Source: Candidatus Babeliales bacterium (lineage in GTDB: Bacteria; Babelota; Babeliae; Babelales; JANWKD01). From it: 64,000 nucleotides of DNA. A model generated the notes under the pieces. It was not told the origin of the DNA, made no database searches, and saw only the letters and a program-made list of their open reading frames with translations. Positions within the stretch are counted from its first letter, which is position 1; every line of letters begins with the position of its first letter. The translations under genes and the position numbers were made by a program. Positions 31,060-41,151 of this stretch are shown piece by piece. The stretch covers positions 96,001 through 160,000 of the forward strand of contig CAVRJO010000002.1 in the NCBI GenBank assembly GCA_963722255.1, given 5' to 3'.

Positions 31060-31252
31060 AACTACCCTTTCTTTGTTTTTAATAATAGTACTACCCACTT
31101 AGATCTAAAAAAATAACCACAAGAATGTCAACATTTACTATAAATGACTTGGTGCATCACAAAACTTATGGCATAGAAAAAAATATTGTTTCATGATAGA
31201 GTAAACTCAAATCTCTTCGTGAATAGTTAGTATCTATAGAAAGGAAAAAACC

Positions 31253-32968
31253 ATGGAAAATTCACATGAAAAGTTACAAATCCTGCGCCATTCAGCAGCC
31301 CATTTAGCAGCACAAGCAGTGCTTGAACTTTTTCCTGATACTATTTTGACTATCGGTCCGGCAACACCAGAAGGTTTTTTCTATGATATGCTTCCTACAC
31401 ATAACTTTAAAGAAGAAGATTTACCACGCATTGAACAGCGTATGCATGAGCTTGCTAAAAAAAATTTTCCGATTACCCATACTGAAATACCAAAAAGCGA
31501 AGCTCGGAAAATATTTGCCAATAATCGCTTTAAACTAGAACTTATTGATAGCATCCCTGGTGACACTGTTGGCTTATCGCAACAAGGTGATTTTTATGAT
31601 CTTTGTCGCGGTGGCCACGTTGCTTCAACCGGTGAAATTAAACATTTTAAACTGCTTGCAATTTCTGGATCCTATTGGCGTGCTGATCGAGATGGCCAAC
31701 CCTTACAGCGCATAAGCGGAACAGCTTTTTTAACAACGCAAGATCTAGCTGATTATGAAAAACAAAAAGAAGAAGCGGCTTTATATGATCACCGTAGATT
31801 AGGCAAACAACTTGATCTTTTTTCATTCCATGAAGAAGGCGTTGGATTTCCCTTTTTTCATCCTAAGGGCAGAAGAATTATCAATATTCTTGTCAGCTAC
31901 CTTCGTTCAGTACTTGCGCGTGCGCATTATGAAGAGATTTCAACACCAATACTACTGAGCGACACGTTATGGCGTCAATCGGGGCATTATGCACACTATA
32001 AAGAAAATATGTATTTTTGCACAATAGATGAGAGAAGTTATGCAATTAAGCCTATGAACTGCCCTGGAGCAATTCTTGTATACAAAGAACGCCCTCACTC
32101 CTACAGAGAATTGCCGCTACGATATGCTGAGTTTGGTCTTGTACATCGTCATGAACTTTCAGGTGTTTTACAAGGGCTATTTAGAGTGCGTGCTTTTACG
32201 CAAGATGATGCCCATATTTTTTGTATGGCTTCTCAGCTTAAAGATGAATTACATTCAATGATCGCCCTATTTTTCACCGTATATAAAAAATTTGGATTTG
32301 CATCAATCAATGTTGCGCTTTCAACGCAGCCTAAAAACTATATCGGCAGCAATGAGCTTTGGCAAGAAGCAACTGAGGCATTACGTAGTGCCCTTGAAAC
32401 CTTAAAAATACCCTATGTCGTTAATGAAGGGGATGGCGCATTTTATGGACCAAAAATAGATTTCCGATTAGAAGATTCTATGAAACGAGAATGGCAATGT
32501 GGTACTATACAAGTAGATTTTTTCCAACCTGAAAACTTTAACCTAACCTATATTTCAGATCAGGGTACAAAAGAGAGGCCTGTTATGATTCATCGAGCAA
32601 TTTACGGCTCTATTGAACGTTTTTTTGGCATTCTTATTGAGCATTATAAAGGACATTTCCCCCTATGGCTTGCACCGGTTCAAATGCGTATTTTAACGAT
32701 TACTGATGAACAAAAGCCCTATGCTCATGAACTTATGAAAAAGCTAGAAAACAATGGATTTCGCGTTGAAATTGATGAATCATCAGATCAAATTTCAGGA
32801 AAAATTAAGAACGCGCAGCTTGATAAAATTCCTTGGATGCTTGTTATTGGCAAAAAAGAGGTCGAAAATAACACAATTACCCTACGTTTTACCGACGGAA
32901 AACAAGAATTTGGTATCACCTTTGACGATCTTCTGAAAAAAGCACAGGTTGCATGTTGCGATGAATAA
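31253..32968 (+). CDS. thrS: Threonine--tRNA ligase (short form without the TGS domain)
   Basis: RHSAAH, DLCRGGHV, DHRRLG, KPMNCP, FYGPKID, HRAIYGSIERF. Confidence 0.97.
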   Translation: MENSHEKLQILRHSAAHLAAQAVLELFPDTILTIGPATPEGFFYDMLPTHNFKEEDLPRIEQRMHELAKKNFPITHTEIPKSEARKIFANNRFKLELIDSIPGDTVGLSQQGDFYDLCRGGHVASTGEIKHFKLLAISGSYWRADRDGQPLQRISGTAFLTTQDLADYEKQKEEAALYDHRRLGKQLDLFSFHEEGVGFPFFHPKGRRIINILVSYLRSVLARAHYEEISTPILLSDTLWRQSGHYAHYKENMYFCTIDERSYAIKPMNCPGAILVYKERPHSYRELPLRYAEFGLVHRHELSGVLQGLFRVRAFTQDDAHIFCMASQLKDELHSMIALFFTVYKKFGFASINVALSTQPKNYIGSNELWQEATEALRSALETLKIPYVVNEGDGAFYGPKIDFRLEDSMKREWQCGTIQVDFFQPENFNLTYISDQGTKERPVMIHRAIYGSIERFFGILIEHYKGHFPLWLAPVQMRILTITDEQKPYAHELMKKLENNGFRVEIDESSDQISGKIKNAQLDKIPWMLVIGKKEVENNTITLRFTDGKQEFGITFDDLLKKAQVACCDE

Positions 32969-33037
32969 TTAATTACAATAAAAAATAATTTTTTCTAAAT
33001 TTTTTTATTTAATTGTGTGATTGTTTTTAAAAAACCA

Positions 33038-33067
33038 TTGACTTGTTTGCATCATTTTCTGTACATT
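33038..33067 (+). promoter_or_regulatory. Putative sigma70 promoter of the histone-like gene
   Basis: TTGACT-N18-TACATT. Confidence 0.45.
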
Positions 33068-33122
33068 GAGATTGTAGGGTTTAATTTAATGTACTATTAA
33101 TCTCAAATTAAGGAGAGATGCA

Positions 33123-33488
33123 ATGGTGATAAAGAAGAAAACTGCAGCTAAAAAGACAACTGCAAAGCGTAAAACAGCTGCAAAACGTAAAACAACCGCA
33201 AAAAGAGCGGCTCCAAAACGCAAAGTTGCCAAACGTGCTGCACCTAAAAGAAGAACAGCTGCTAAAAAAAGCGCTGTAGCTAAATTGGCTGCATTCATGG
33301 CTGGCGGAGCAAAGAAAAAAGCTGCTCCTAAACGCAAAGCTGCAAAACGTGCTGCACCTAAGAGAAAATCAGCTGCTAAACACGCTGCTCCTAAAAGAAC
33401 AGCTGTAAAACGCGCTGGCACAAAGCGTAAAGCAGCAAAAAGAGCTGCGCCTAAACGTCATGTTGCTAAGAAATTAGCACATAGCTAA
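33123..33488 (+). CDS. Lys/Ala/Arg-rich histone H1-like (Hc2-type) DNA-condensing protein
   Basis: KRKAA/KRAAP pentapeptide repeats, no acidic residues, AAGGAG RBS, own terminator. Confidence 0.8.
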   Translation: MVIKKKTAAKKTTAKRKTAAKRKTTAKRAAPKRKVAKRAAPKRRTAAKKSAVAKLAAFMAGGAKKKAAPKRKAAKRAAPKRKSAAKHAAPKRTAVKRAGTKRKAAKRAAPKRHVAKKLAHS

Positions 33489-33522
33489 GGCGGAATCGCT
33501 TAATAACACTCCTCTTGATCGT

Positions 33523-33560
33523 AAAAAATGGGCAATGCTTTGAACATTGCCTATTTTTTT
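33523..33560. terminator. Bidirectional intrinsic terminator
   Basis: AAAAAATGGGCAATG...CATTGCCTATTTTTT. Confidence 0.75.
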
Positions 33561-34209
33561 ATTTTTCCATAAACTTTTCGATAAATGGCTTACACACTCG
33601 CATATTTTGTCCGCACATTACTAAAAGCCTCGAATATTCAATCCAATGATTTTTAGGCACAACCATTTCTAACTCTTTTTCAGTTTGAACGGGCGTTTTA
33701 GTATGCACGATACCTAATTTATTTGAAAGTTTATGAACATGCGTATCAACACAAAGAGCAGGAGTTCCATAAGCAACCCCTAGGATTAAATTGGCTGTTT
33801 TTGGTCCAACGCCTTTTATAGAAAGCAGTTCTTCTTTTGTTTTAGGAACTTTTCCATCGAATCGTTCAAGAAGTTCATGGCATACCGAATAGATAGAGTT
33901 TGCCTTGTTTCTATAAAATCCAATTGAATGGATCATACGCTCAAGCTCTTTACGAGGAATTTTCAAAAATTGCTGTGGTGTTCGTGCCTTTTTAAAAAGT
34001 TCAACGCAGATTGGGTAGGTAACTACATCACGTGCGCGCAAACTTAAAAGGCAACTGATTAAAATAAGAAAAGGATCATCATGATACTGCTTTTTAATCA
34101 GATCACTCATAGGACGAGGAAGGCCTTTCGTGGCCTTGCAAAGAGTTTGTATAAGTTTGAGTGCTCTTTTCTTGCGTTCAGCAATTGTTTGATCTGTTTT
34201 CATGGTCAA
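33559..34209 (-). CDS. nth: Endonuclease III (HhH-GPD glycosylase) lacking the 4Fe-4S motif
   Basis: DPFLILISCLLS, GFYRNKA, GVGPKTA, VDTHV. Confidence 0.9.
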   Translation of the reverse strand: MTMKTDQTIAERKKRALKLIQTLCKATKGLPRPMSDLIKKQYHDDPFLILISCLLSLRARDVVTYPICVELFKKARTPQQFLKIPRKELERMIHSIGFYRNKANSIYSVCHELLERFDGKVPKTKEELLSIKGVGPKTANLILGVAYGTPALCVDTHVHKLSNKLGIVHTKTPVQTEKELEMVVPKNHWIEYSRLLVMCGQNMRVCKPFIEKFMEK

Positions 34210-34329
34210 CTTCTTTATTCAAAATAAGGTATCTACCAACTATAGTTCAAAACTAATCAAAAGTTCTTGCATAAGCAAGCACCATTCTATATCCTAACAG
34301 AGAAACTCGACAGCATAGGAGAATGGAAT

Positions 34330-35256
34330 ATGACTCTCAAAGAATTTAAAAATAAAATTGAACAATTTTTAGTTTATATCGAAGTTGAAAGAAATCTTTC
34401 AGAAAATACGCACAAAGCATATGCCCGAGATTTGAATCAAATTTACCATTTTTGGAATGATTCTACGCTTCAAGAAAAAAAGGAACTACCCTTCAGCAGA
34501 ATCCTTGAGCGCTTTCTTGTCATGCTGTACCACAAAAAAATAAATAAAAGCTCGATTGCACGCAAACTTTCAGCACTACAATCATTTGAAAAATACGTTC
34601 TCTCAGACGGCATTCAATTAAACCTTAAGGTTATTCGTCCAAGAATTGACAAAAAATTACCGGTTTATTTAAGCGTTGATGAAATCTTTTATCTCCTTGA
34701 TTCCATAAAAACTGAAGATTTACCAACACAACGACCGTTTCGAGATAAAGCAATTTTTGAGCTTCTCTATGCAACAGGAGTTCGCTGTTCAGAACTGATT
34801 TCAATTCGTATACAAGACATTGATACCGATCAAAAAACGATTAGAATCATGGGAAAAGGAAATAAAGAACGAGTCGTGCTTTTTGGCACTAAAGCCGCTA
34901 CAAGCCTAGCTGCGTATATTGACCATGAACGCTCACCCATTCTTAAAAACGATGAATTTCTTTTTCTCAACCACCGCAATGAGCAACTTACCAGTAGATC
35001 TATTCAACGCATCATGGAAATGTTTCGATCTTTTTTAAAAATTGATCGCCCCATAACACCGCATAAAATTAGACATTCATTTGCTACACATTTATTAAAT
35101 GAAGGCGCTGATTTACGTGCAATTCAAGAACTTCTGGGTCATGCAACATTGGCGAGCACCGAAAAATATACGCATGTTTCAACGACAGAACTCATAACTA
35201 TGTGTGATACTTTTCATCCCCTTAAGGAAAAAAAATATTCACCTGATAAATCGTAA
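34330..35256 (+). CDS. xerC: Tyrosine recombinase XerC/XerD family
   Basis: ELLYATGVRCSEL, GKGNKER, HKIRHSFATH, LLGH, TEKYT. Start placed after a GGAG RBS (track start 34267). XerC vs XerD not resolved. Confidence 0.8.
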   Translation: MTLKEFKNKIEQFLVYIEVERNLSENTHKAYARDLNQIYHFWNDSTLQEKKELPFSRILERFLVMLYHKKINKSSIARKLSALQSFEKYVLSDGIQLNLKVIRPRIDKKLPVYLSVDEIFYLLDSIKTEDLPTQRPFRDKAIFELLYATGVRCSELISIRIQDIDTDQKTIRIMGKGNKERVVLFGTKAATSLAAYIDHERSPILKNDEFLFLNHRNEQLTSRSIQRIMEMFRSFLKIDRPITPHKIRHSFATHLLNEGADLRAIQELLGHATLASTEKYTHVSTTELITMCDTFHPLKEKKYSPDKS

Positions 35257-36977
35257 TGTTTATGGATATTTCGTATCAATATGCTAAAAAAATAAAAACT
35301 TTTATCTCTCTTCTCTCATGCTGCTTTGCCATAATTCTTGTTCGGTTACTCTATTTACAAATTATTTTAAATCATAGTTTCTTTGCATTAAGTGTAAAAA
35401 ATTTTTTAAGAACAGAAACAATAGCTTCGCCTCGTGGTAATATTGTAGATTGTAATGGTATCTTGCTTGCAACTAACAGACCAATAACCTCAGTCTATTG
35501 GCATGGGACTGGAAATAGTAACTTAACGAACAAACAGCAACAACTTCTTCAGGCAATTGAAACTATTATCGGTCCTATTGAACATTCTAAAATTATGCGC
35601 ACAGAACAACGCAGTAGCACTTTGTTGCTAGCACAAGATATCTCTTTTGTACAACTGAGTAAAATTATTGAGCTATTTCCTAATAATAGTAACATACATT
35701 TTTCTACCAATTTTAAACGTTATTATCCAAACCAAAAAATCGCAAGCCATATTTTAGGCCATTTAAGCAGTTTCAATAATTTCGAAAATATCGGAAAAAT
35801 GGGGCTTGAAAAAATTTTACACGACACTTTACAAGGGCAAAAAGGTCAATTACTTAAAACTATCAACTCATTCGGCATTAGCACGCAACAATCCGAAATT
35901 AAAACTGCTTCACCTGGTCAAGATATTACAATCACCTTGGATAGTAATTTACAAAAACTAGCTGAAGATCTTTTCCCTGCCAATTACAATGGTGCTCTTA
36001 TTCTCATGGATCCTAAAAATGGTGCATTACGTGCAGTAACTTCGCGCCCTAATTTTGACCCTTCACTTTTTTTAGATCCGATAACACAGCCTGATTGGAA
36101 AAATCTACAAAATGGTAATCCATTTTTAAATCGACCATTTTATGCATGTTATCCACCGGCCTCAATTTTCAAACTTATTAGCATTAGCGCAGCTTTAGAA
36201 AATAATTTTATAACACAAGAAGATACTATTAACTGCTGTGGGTACTATCGTTTTAAAGGAAGAAAACACTATTGTGATCGACGAGTTGGCCATGGCACCT
36301 TAAGCATAAAAGATGCTGTAGCAAAATCTTGTAATATTCTTTTCTATGAGATTGCTACTCGTATGCCCATTGAAATTTTAGCAAACTATGCTCAACGATT
36401 CGGCCTCGGGAAAAAGACAAATCTCATATTTCCTGAGCAAGAAGGACTTGTACCAACACCTGATTGGAAACAAGCAACAAAAGGTGAACGATGGTGGCCG
36501 GGCGAAACATTATCCTGTTCGATTGGTCAAAGTTATCTTTTGGTTACACCCATTCAAATTGCATGTATGATTGCAAGCATTTTTGAAGGGTATATCGTTA
36601 CACCGCGTATTTTGGAATCTGAAATCATTACGCGACGACCTTTAAATATTTTTGATTCAACACGTAAATTTTTATGCAAATCAATGAAATCAGTTGTACG
36701 TCTAGGAACCGGTATGGCTGTAAGTAAAATCGAAGATATAAAAGTATACGCAAAAACAGGAACTGCTCAGGTAGTTGAGTTATCGGCTAAGTACGATCCA
36801 ACTAAACCTAAGGCCCATTCATGGTTTGTCGCCTATTTTTATTATAAAGACCACGATCCTCTCATACTTGTTATCCTTCTTGAGCATACTGGAAATTGTC
36901 GGCCTTCAAAATTATTTGCCAAAAGATTTTTGATGCACTACAGAGCATATATGAAAAACAAATATGCTCTGCAATAA
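35256..36977 (+). CDS. mrdA: Penicillin-binding protein 2 (class B PBP)
   Basis: RLLYLQI, PRGNIVD, SIFK (SxxK), SCN (SxN), KTGTAQ. Confidence 0.88.
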   Translation: MFMDISYQYAKKIKTFISLLSCCFAIILVRLLYLQIILNHSFFALSVKNFLRTETIASPRGNIVDCNGILLATNRPITSVYWHGTGNSNLTNKQQQLLQAIETIIGPIEHSKIMRTEQRSSTLLLAQDISFVQLSKIIELFPNNSNIHFSTNFKRYYPNQKIASHILGHLSSFNNFENIGKMGLEKILHDTLQGQKGQLLKTINSFGISTQQSEIKTASPGQDITITLDSNLQKLAEDLFPANYNGALILMDPKNGALRAVTSRPNFDPSLFLDPITQPDWKNLQNGNPFLNRPFYACYPPASIFKLISISAALENNFITQEDTINCCGYYRFKGRKHYCDRRVGHGTLSIKDAVAKSCNILFYEIATRMPIEILANYAQRFGLGKKTNLIFPEQEGLVPTPDWKQATKGERWWPGETLSCSIGQSYLLVTPIQIACMIASIFEGYIVTPRILESEIITRRPLNIFDSTRKFLCKSMKSVVRLGTGMAVSKIEDIKVYAKTGTAQVVELSAKYDPTKPKAHSWFVAYFYYKDHDPLILVILLEHTGNCRPSKLFAKRFLMHYRAYMKNKYALQ

Positions 36978-36990
36978 CTTAAAATTATCA

Positions 36991-37620
36991 TTAATCAATA
37001 TAATAGCTCAGTGTAGGAAATGGGTACTCTAAACCACATTCAATGCGTAGTGTTCTATTAGACCCTTCTAAGGCCTTTGCAAATGCCTCTTCAACCGATG
37101 TATATTCATCAAACATCAGCTCACATTCTAATCGCAATTCATCAAAAAAATGACAGAGTTGCCCTATCAATTCGCTGAATTCAATTTGTTCATGCTCCGT
37201 TAAGGTTTCATAAAATGGCTGCAGCTCCTTTTCAAGGACACATTCAGTACTATCTTTACGAAATTCATGTTTAATAGTTTCTATATTTTCTATACTACAT
37301 CCAACTGTGCTTTTAATACTCTTTTTTTGCATGAACTGTTTATATTTTTCAAACAGTGGATTTTCTTTTATGTGTTTAATACAATAGGTTTGCATCTTGA
37401 AAAAAATAGACCAAATATCATCAATCATTCTACTAAATTCTTCGCGAATACCGTGTGTCATTGTATCAAAAATCTCAGCAAAATTTTCATTATTAGTAAG
37501 ATTGCTTTTAAAAATTGTCATTGCTTCTACAAAATCAGCAGGCATAGCATCTAAAGATGACTTAACAGCCTGAGAGCGACATACCAAAAAGAGCAGTATA
37601 ACAAATAGCATTTTCTTCAT
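36991..37620 (-). CDS. Exported hypothetical protein
   Basis: Signal peptide MKKMLFVILLFLVCRSQA; AAGGA RBS. Confidence 0.7.
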   Translation of the reverse strand: MKKMLFVILLFLVCRSQAVKSSLDAMPADFVEAMTIFKSNLTNNENFAEIFDTMTHGIREEFSRMIDDIWSIFFKMQTYCIKHIKENPLFEKYKQFMQKKSIKSTVGCSIENIETIKHEFRKDSTECVLEKELQPFYETLTEHEQIEFSELIGQLCHFFDELRLECELMFDEYTSVEEAFAKALEGSNRTLRIECGLEYPFPTLSYYID

Positions 37621-37756
37621 TTTTTCATCCTTTTTTAACTTTGTGATTTTTTAGTAATAATTTTTATGAACCATACCATACGGCTTATTTTTTTGCAAAG
37701 CATACACAAAAAAAACGCTCACTTTTGAGGCTTTAAAATAAAATTCTTCTATTAGA

Positions 37757-38239
37757 TTATGCTGGTAATCTACCAACTAGCCAGCTTCCAAAACTTACTA
37801 ATACCATACATCCTGCTATGGATAAAGTTGCGGTGAGAGCGCCACTAATAAAGGCTTTTTTTTGAGATTTTTCTCTGCAAGCATCAACTTTGTTTTGCAA
37901 AATTTCTAATTCCGCTTTCTTCTCTTTATCTTTATCTTCATTTAAACGTAAAATGAATAATGCTTTTTTACCATTAGCCGGAGAACCCTTCTCAGCCGAC
38001 ATCATTAACCATTCTTTAGCTTTTTCTTTATCTGTTGCATCGTTACGAAGTTTGTCATAGTGATCTTTGTCCAAGGCTTCATATGATTCCTCAAGAGGGG
38101 ATTTCAATTCTTTTTGCTCTTCCTTCTCAGTTTGTTCATGAGACGGAAATTGATCAGATTGACCCTCTAACGCATTCAAACCTATACAACTAAATAAACA
38201 CAACATTGATACTACAAAAAAACGTTTTGAAATAAGCAT
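37757..38239 (-). CDS. Exported hypothetical protein with C-terminal TM anchor
   Basis: Signal peptide, charged helical core, hydrophobic C-terminus (track start 38281). Confidence 0.65.
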   Translation of the reverse strand: MLISKRFFVVSMLCLFSCIGLNALEGQSDQFPSHEQTEKEEQKELKSPLEESYEALDKDHYDKLRNDATDKEKAKEWLMMSAEKGSPANGKKALFILRLNEDKDKEKKAELEILQNKVDACREKSQKKAFISGALTATLSIAGCMVLVSFGSWLVGRLPA

Positions 38240-38323
38240 ATTTGTCCCTTTACTACTAATTACCGATAAAAATTCAATCATAGTGTAACTTATTAAAAAA
38301 ATTTTACTATAATTATATATAAT

Positions 38324-39505
38324 TTATACAATAACTCGAAGAAATTCCTGTAGTGAAATAATACCCTGAGTAAGCTTTTGAGAAGCATCATGCATAAGTG
38401 TTTGCATATCCTGCTCTAAAGCTTTTTGGTATAAAAGTTCATAGTGTGGATTATGTATAATAAGTGCTCGTAAAGAATCATTCATTACTAAAAGTTCAAA
38501 AATTCCCGTACGTCCCTTATAACCCAAATTAAAACAGTGCGAGCACCCAACTCCTTTATAAAGTTCTTTAGGAGAAATGGATAACTTCTCCAGCATCTTT
38601 GACTCTTCATTAGTTGGTAAAAATTTTTCTTTACATTGCGTACAAATTTTTCTTACCAATCGTTGAGCAAGAACCCCGGTTAATGAGGCATTTATCAGAA
38701 AAGGTTCTATACCCATATCCATCAAACGCATAATTGAACTACATGCATTATTAGTATGCAAAGTGCTTAATACAAGATGACCGGTTAAAGCAGCTTCTAT
38801 GGCAATTCGTGCAGTTTGTTTATCGCGAATTTCACCAACCATCGCAATATCGGGATCTTGACGCAATAATGAACGCATACCTCGTTCAAAAGTAAATCCA
38901 GCTTCAGGATGAATTTGTCCTTGCGTAATTCCTTCAATATTATATTCAATAGGATCTTCAAGCGTTATAATATTCTTCTCCGGTGAGTGTAATGAAGTAA
39001 GCGCAGCATAGAGTGTTGTTGTTTTTCCAGAACCGGTAGGTCCTGTTGTTAAAAAAAATCCATTGGTGCGTTGTAAAAGATTTTTGAAATTCTCAAGAAC
39101 ATTTGGTTGCAAACCCAATTTTTCAAGTTCTATGGTATGTTCTGATCTATCTAAAATTCTAATAACTACCTTTTCACCATGCAGGGAGGGAAATGTTGAA
39201 ACGCGCAAATCTGTTGGAGTTAAGGTACCATGAACTGTAAATTTTCCATCCTGTGGAATACGCCGTTCAGCAATATTAATGCGTGCTAAAATTTTTATTC
39301 GTGATACAATTTGCAAACCAAGATCTTTATTAATTTTCTGCTCATCATACAAAACGCCGTCTATGCGATAGCGAACACGTAATTCATAGGTTGTTGATTC
39401 TAAATGAATATCTGAAGCATTACGTTTAATTGCTTGAACTATTAAATCATCAACACGAGTTATAACAGAAAAATCATTGCTTATTTTTACCTGCGATTCT
39501 AACAC
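38324..39505 (-). CDS. GspE/PilB-family secretion ATPase (no N-terminal domain)
   Basis: ASDIHLE, RIDG, GPTGSGKTTTLY, LEDPIE, LRQDPD..MVGEIRD, STLHTN, tetracysteine motif. Confidence 0.93.
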   Translation of the reverse strand: MLESQVKISNDFSVITRVDDLIVQAIKRNASDIHLESTTYELRVRYRIDGVLYDEQKINKDLGLQIVSRIKILARINIAERRIPQDGKFTVHGTLTPTDLRVSTFPSLHGEKVVIRILDRSEHTIELEKLGLQPNVLENFKNLLQRTNGFFLTTGPTGSGKTTTLYAALTSLHSPEKNIITLEDPIEYNIEGITQGQIHPEAGFTFERGMRSLLRQDPDIAMVGEIRDKQTARIAIEAALTGHLVLSTLHTNNACSSIMRLMDMGIEPFLINASLTGVLAQRLVRKICTQCKEKFLPTNEESKMLEKLSISPKELYKGVGCSHCFNLGYKGRTGIFELLVMNDSLRALIIHNPHYELLYQKALEQDMQTLMHDASQKLTQGIISLQEFLRVIV

Positions 39506-40053
39506 TAATCTTCCTCGGAATACTCTTCAATTTCTTTGTAGGCTTCTTTTTCAATCTCATCTTCTTTTTCTGGAACAAGATTATCATCAAGTTCATGATC
39601 AGTTAACGATTTATCATAAAATTCTTCTATAGTTTCTACAATTTCTGAAGCTAATCCTACCCGAAATTCAATATCATATGATACATATTTCCCTAGTGCC
39701 GGCAAAAGATCTTCATCATCCGGGTCATTGGCTAAAACCATAAGAATAGCATCATCGATCACCTCAATAGGAATTATTAGATTACGCAACAAAAAATCTT
39801 TAGGAAATTTCACTATAAGATAATGATCAAAAAAATAACCAATTGGATCCATTAATGGAATTTCGTAATAGTTAGATAATGCTCTTAAAATATCTTCTTT
39901 TTCAATAAGCCCTTCCTCAAGAAGAAAATCTTCAAAAGCAACATCAGATCGATTTTCAAAGTTTTTTTGTAAATCTATTGATTGTTGATGAGAAACAACA
40001 CCATTTTTTTCAAAAATTTTACATAATGCTTCTACAAATCCTTTTTTCTTCAT
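39505..40053 (-). CDS. Stand-alone GspE/PilB N-terminal (MshEN/T2SSE_N-like) domain protein
   Basis: LLEEGLI..EDILRALS...P, PxxFxxRxxIIP, ANDP pattern; overlaps the ATPase start (TAGTG). Confidence 0.7.
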   Translation of the reverse strand: MKKKGFVEALCKIFEKNGVVSHQQSIDLQKNFENRSDVAFEDFLLEEGLIEKEDILRALSNYYEIPLMDPIGYFFDHYLIVKFPKDFLLRNLIIPIEVIDDAILMVLANDPDDEDLLPALGKYVSYDIEFRVGLASEIVETIEEFYDKSLTDHELDDNLVPEKEDEIEKEAYKEIEEYSEED

Positions 40054-40062
40054 TAGTATCCT

Positions 40063-40449
40063 TTATCCAATTTTATATCCTGCAATAAAACCAAGAGCAA
40101 CCGATACTGATAAGGGAATATTATTAGTAACCCAGTTCCAATATAAGGTTGCAACATCTGCAAGCGTAGCCTTATGAGCAAAACCCAAGTAAAGTTTCAA
40201 TTTATCGCTATGCACCGTAATAAAATCTGTAGATTCAAGTCCATAAAGAATACAACCTGTTAAAATCGCAGCAACAAACAGAGTTGTTCCATACCGTTTT
40301 AAGAGGAAACCAAACGCAAAACCTACGCCACCATAAATCGCAAGTTTTTTGAGCGCATCATAGGACAAATCGAGTGATTCAAAAAAATCACTTATCTTTT
40401 GTTTTGCTACTTCAAACCAACTCTCCTGAACGTTTGTCGTTTTAGACAT
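40063..40449 (-). CDS. FUN14-like membrane protein
   Basis: GGVGFAFGFLLKR, ITVHxDK, GFIAGYK pattern resembling FUN14. Confidence 0.6.
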   Translation of the reverse strand: MSKTTNVQESWFEVAKQKISDFFESLDLSYDALKKLAIYGGVGFAFGFLLKRYGTTLFVAAILTGCILYGLESTDFITVHSDKLKLYLGFAHKATLADVATLYWNWVTNNIPLSVSVALGFIAGYKIG

Positions 40450-40532
40450 GCCGTAACTCCAATTCTATATATAATTCAATACCTATAAAGTGCTTTAAAG
40501 TATACCGTGAAAATTCATGCATATGCAACTAC

Positions 40533-40572
40533 AAAAAAAAGAGAAAGATTTTTTAGATCTTTCTCTTTTTTT
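40533..40572 (-). terminator. Intrinsic terminator of the HU gene
   Basis: AAAAAAAAGAGAAAGAT...ATCTTTCTCTTTTTTT. Confidence 0.75.
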
Positions 40573-40589
40573 AAAATGTAACAAACAAT

Positions 40590-40865
40590 TTATTTTGCAA
40601 CAAGTGATTTTAATTCTTTACCTGGCTTAAATTTAGGAACTTTTTTAGCAGGTATAGGCATCTTTTTGCGTGTTACAGGATTAACTCCAACTCGTGCTTT
40701 TCTTTTCATAACAGAAAAAGTACCAAATCCAGTAAGGGTCACTTGACCATTTTTTTTCAATACTTCACCAATAACGTCCATAAAAGCTTCTAAACAACGT
40801 TTTGTCGTTGCTTTAGTCTCTTTAGAAAGTTTCGCCATGCGTTCAACCAACATCGCTTTATTCAT
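40590..40865 (-). CDS. hup: DNA-binding protein HU
   Basis: MNKAML, GFGTF, RKARVGVNP, PKFKPGKELK. Confidence 0.95.
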   Translation of the reverse strand: MNKAMLVERMAKLSKETKATTKRCLEAFMDVIGEVLKKNGQVTLTGFGTFSVMKRKARVGVNPVTRKKMPIPAKKVPKFKPGKELKSLVAK

Positions 40866-41042
40866 ATGCCTTCCTTTATGTGCTGATCAGCTTTAATAAA
40901 TTTTATAAATAAACAATTATATATTTAAGGCAAACAATACTAGTACTACTAGTGTACAATAGTATGAGATAAACTTTTGTCAAGTTTTTTTGATTTTTTC
41001 CATCACAACCAAAAAGCGACAAATTTTAGTTCTTGCAAACCT

Positions 41043-41151
41043 CCAACCATAGTTTTACCCCAACTAAGGCGTGCACAGGCCTTGATAAACGAAATCTAGC
41101 AAAGCCAGTCGTAGTTTGCCGAGCCGGAAGGCCCGGATAAACGAAGACTGG
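41043..41151. repeat. Two tandem tRNA-3'-associated hairpin units (one degenerate)
   Basis: CCAGTCGTAGTTT...GATAAACGAAGACTGG (41105-41151) and CCAACCATAGTTT...GATAAACGAAATCTAG (41043-41099). Confidence 0.55.

Noticed and set aside
33086..33421. 111-aa hydrophobic ORF on the minus strand
   Set aside because: Antisense shadow of the repetitive histone-like gene, which has the RBS, promoter and terminator.
34330..35256. Tyrosine recombinase as a phage or island integrase
   Set aside because: Xer-type size and motifs, translationally coupled to mrdA, with no att sites or cargo.
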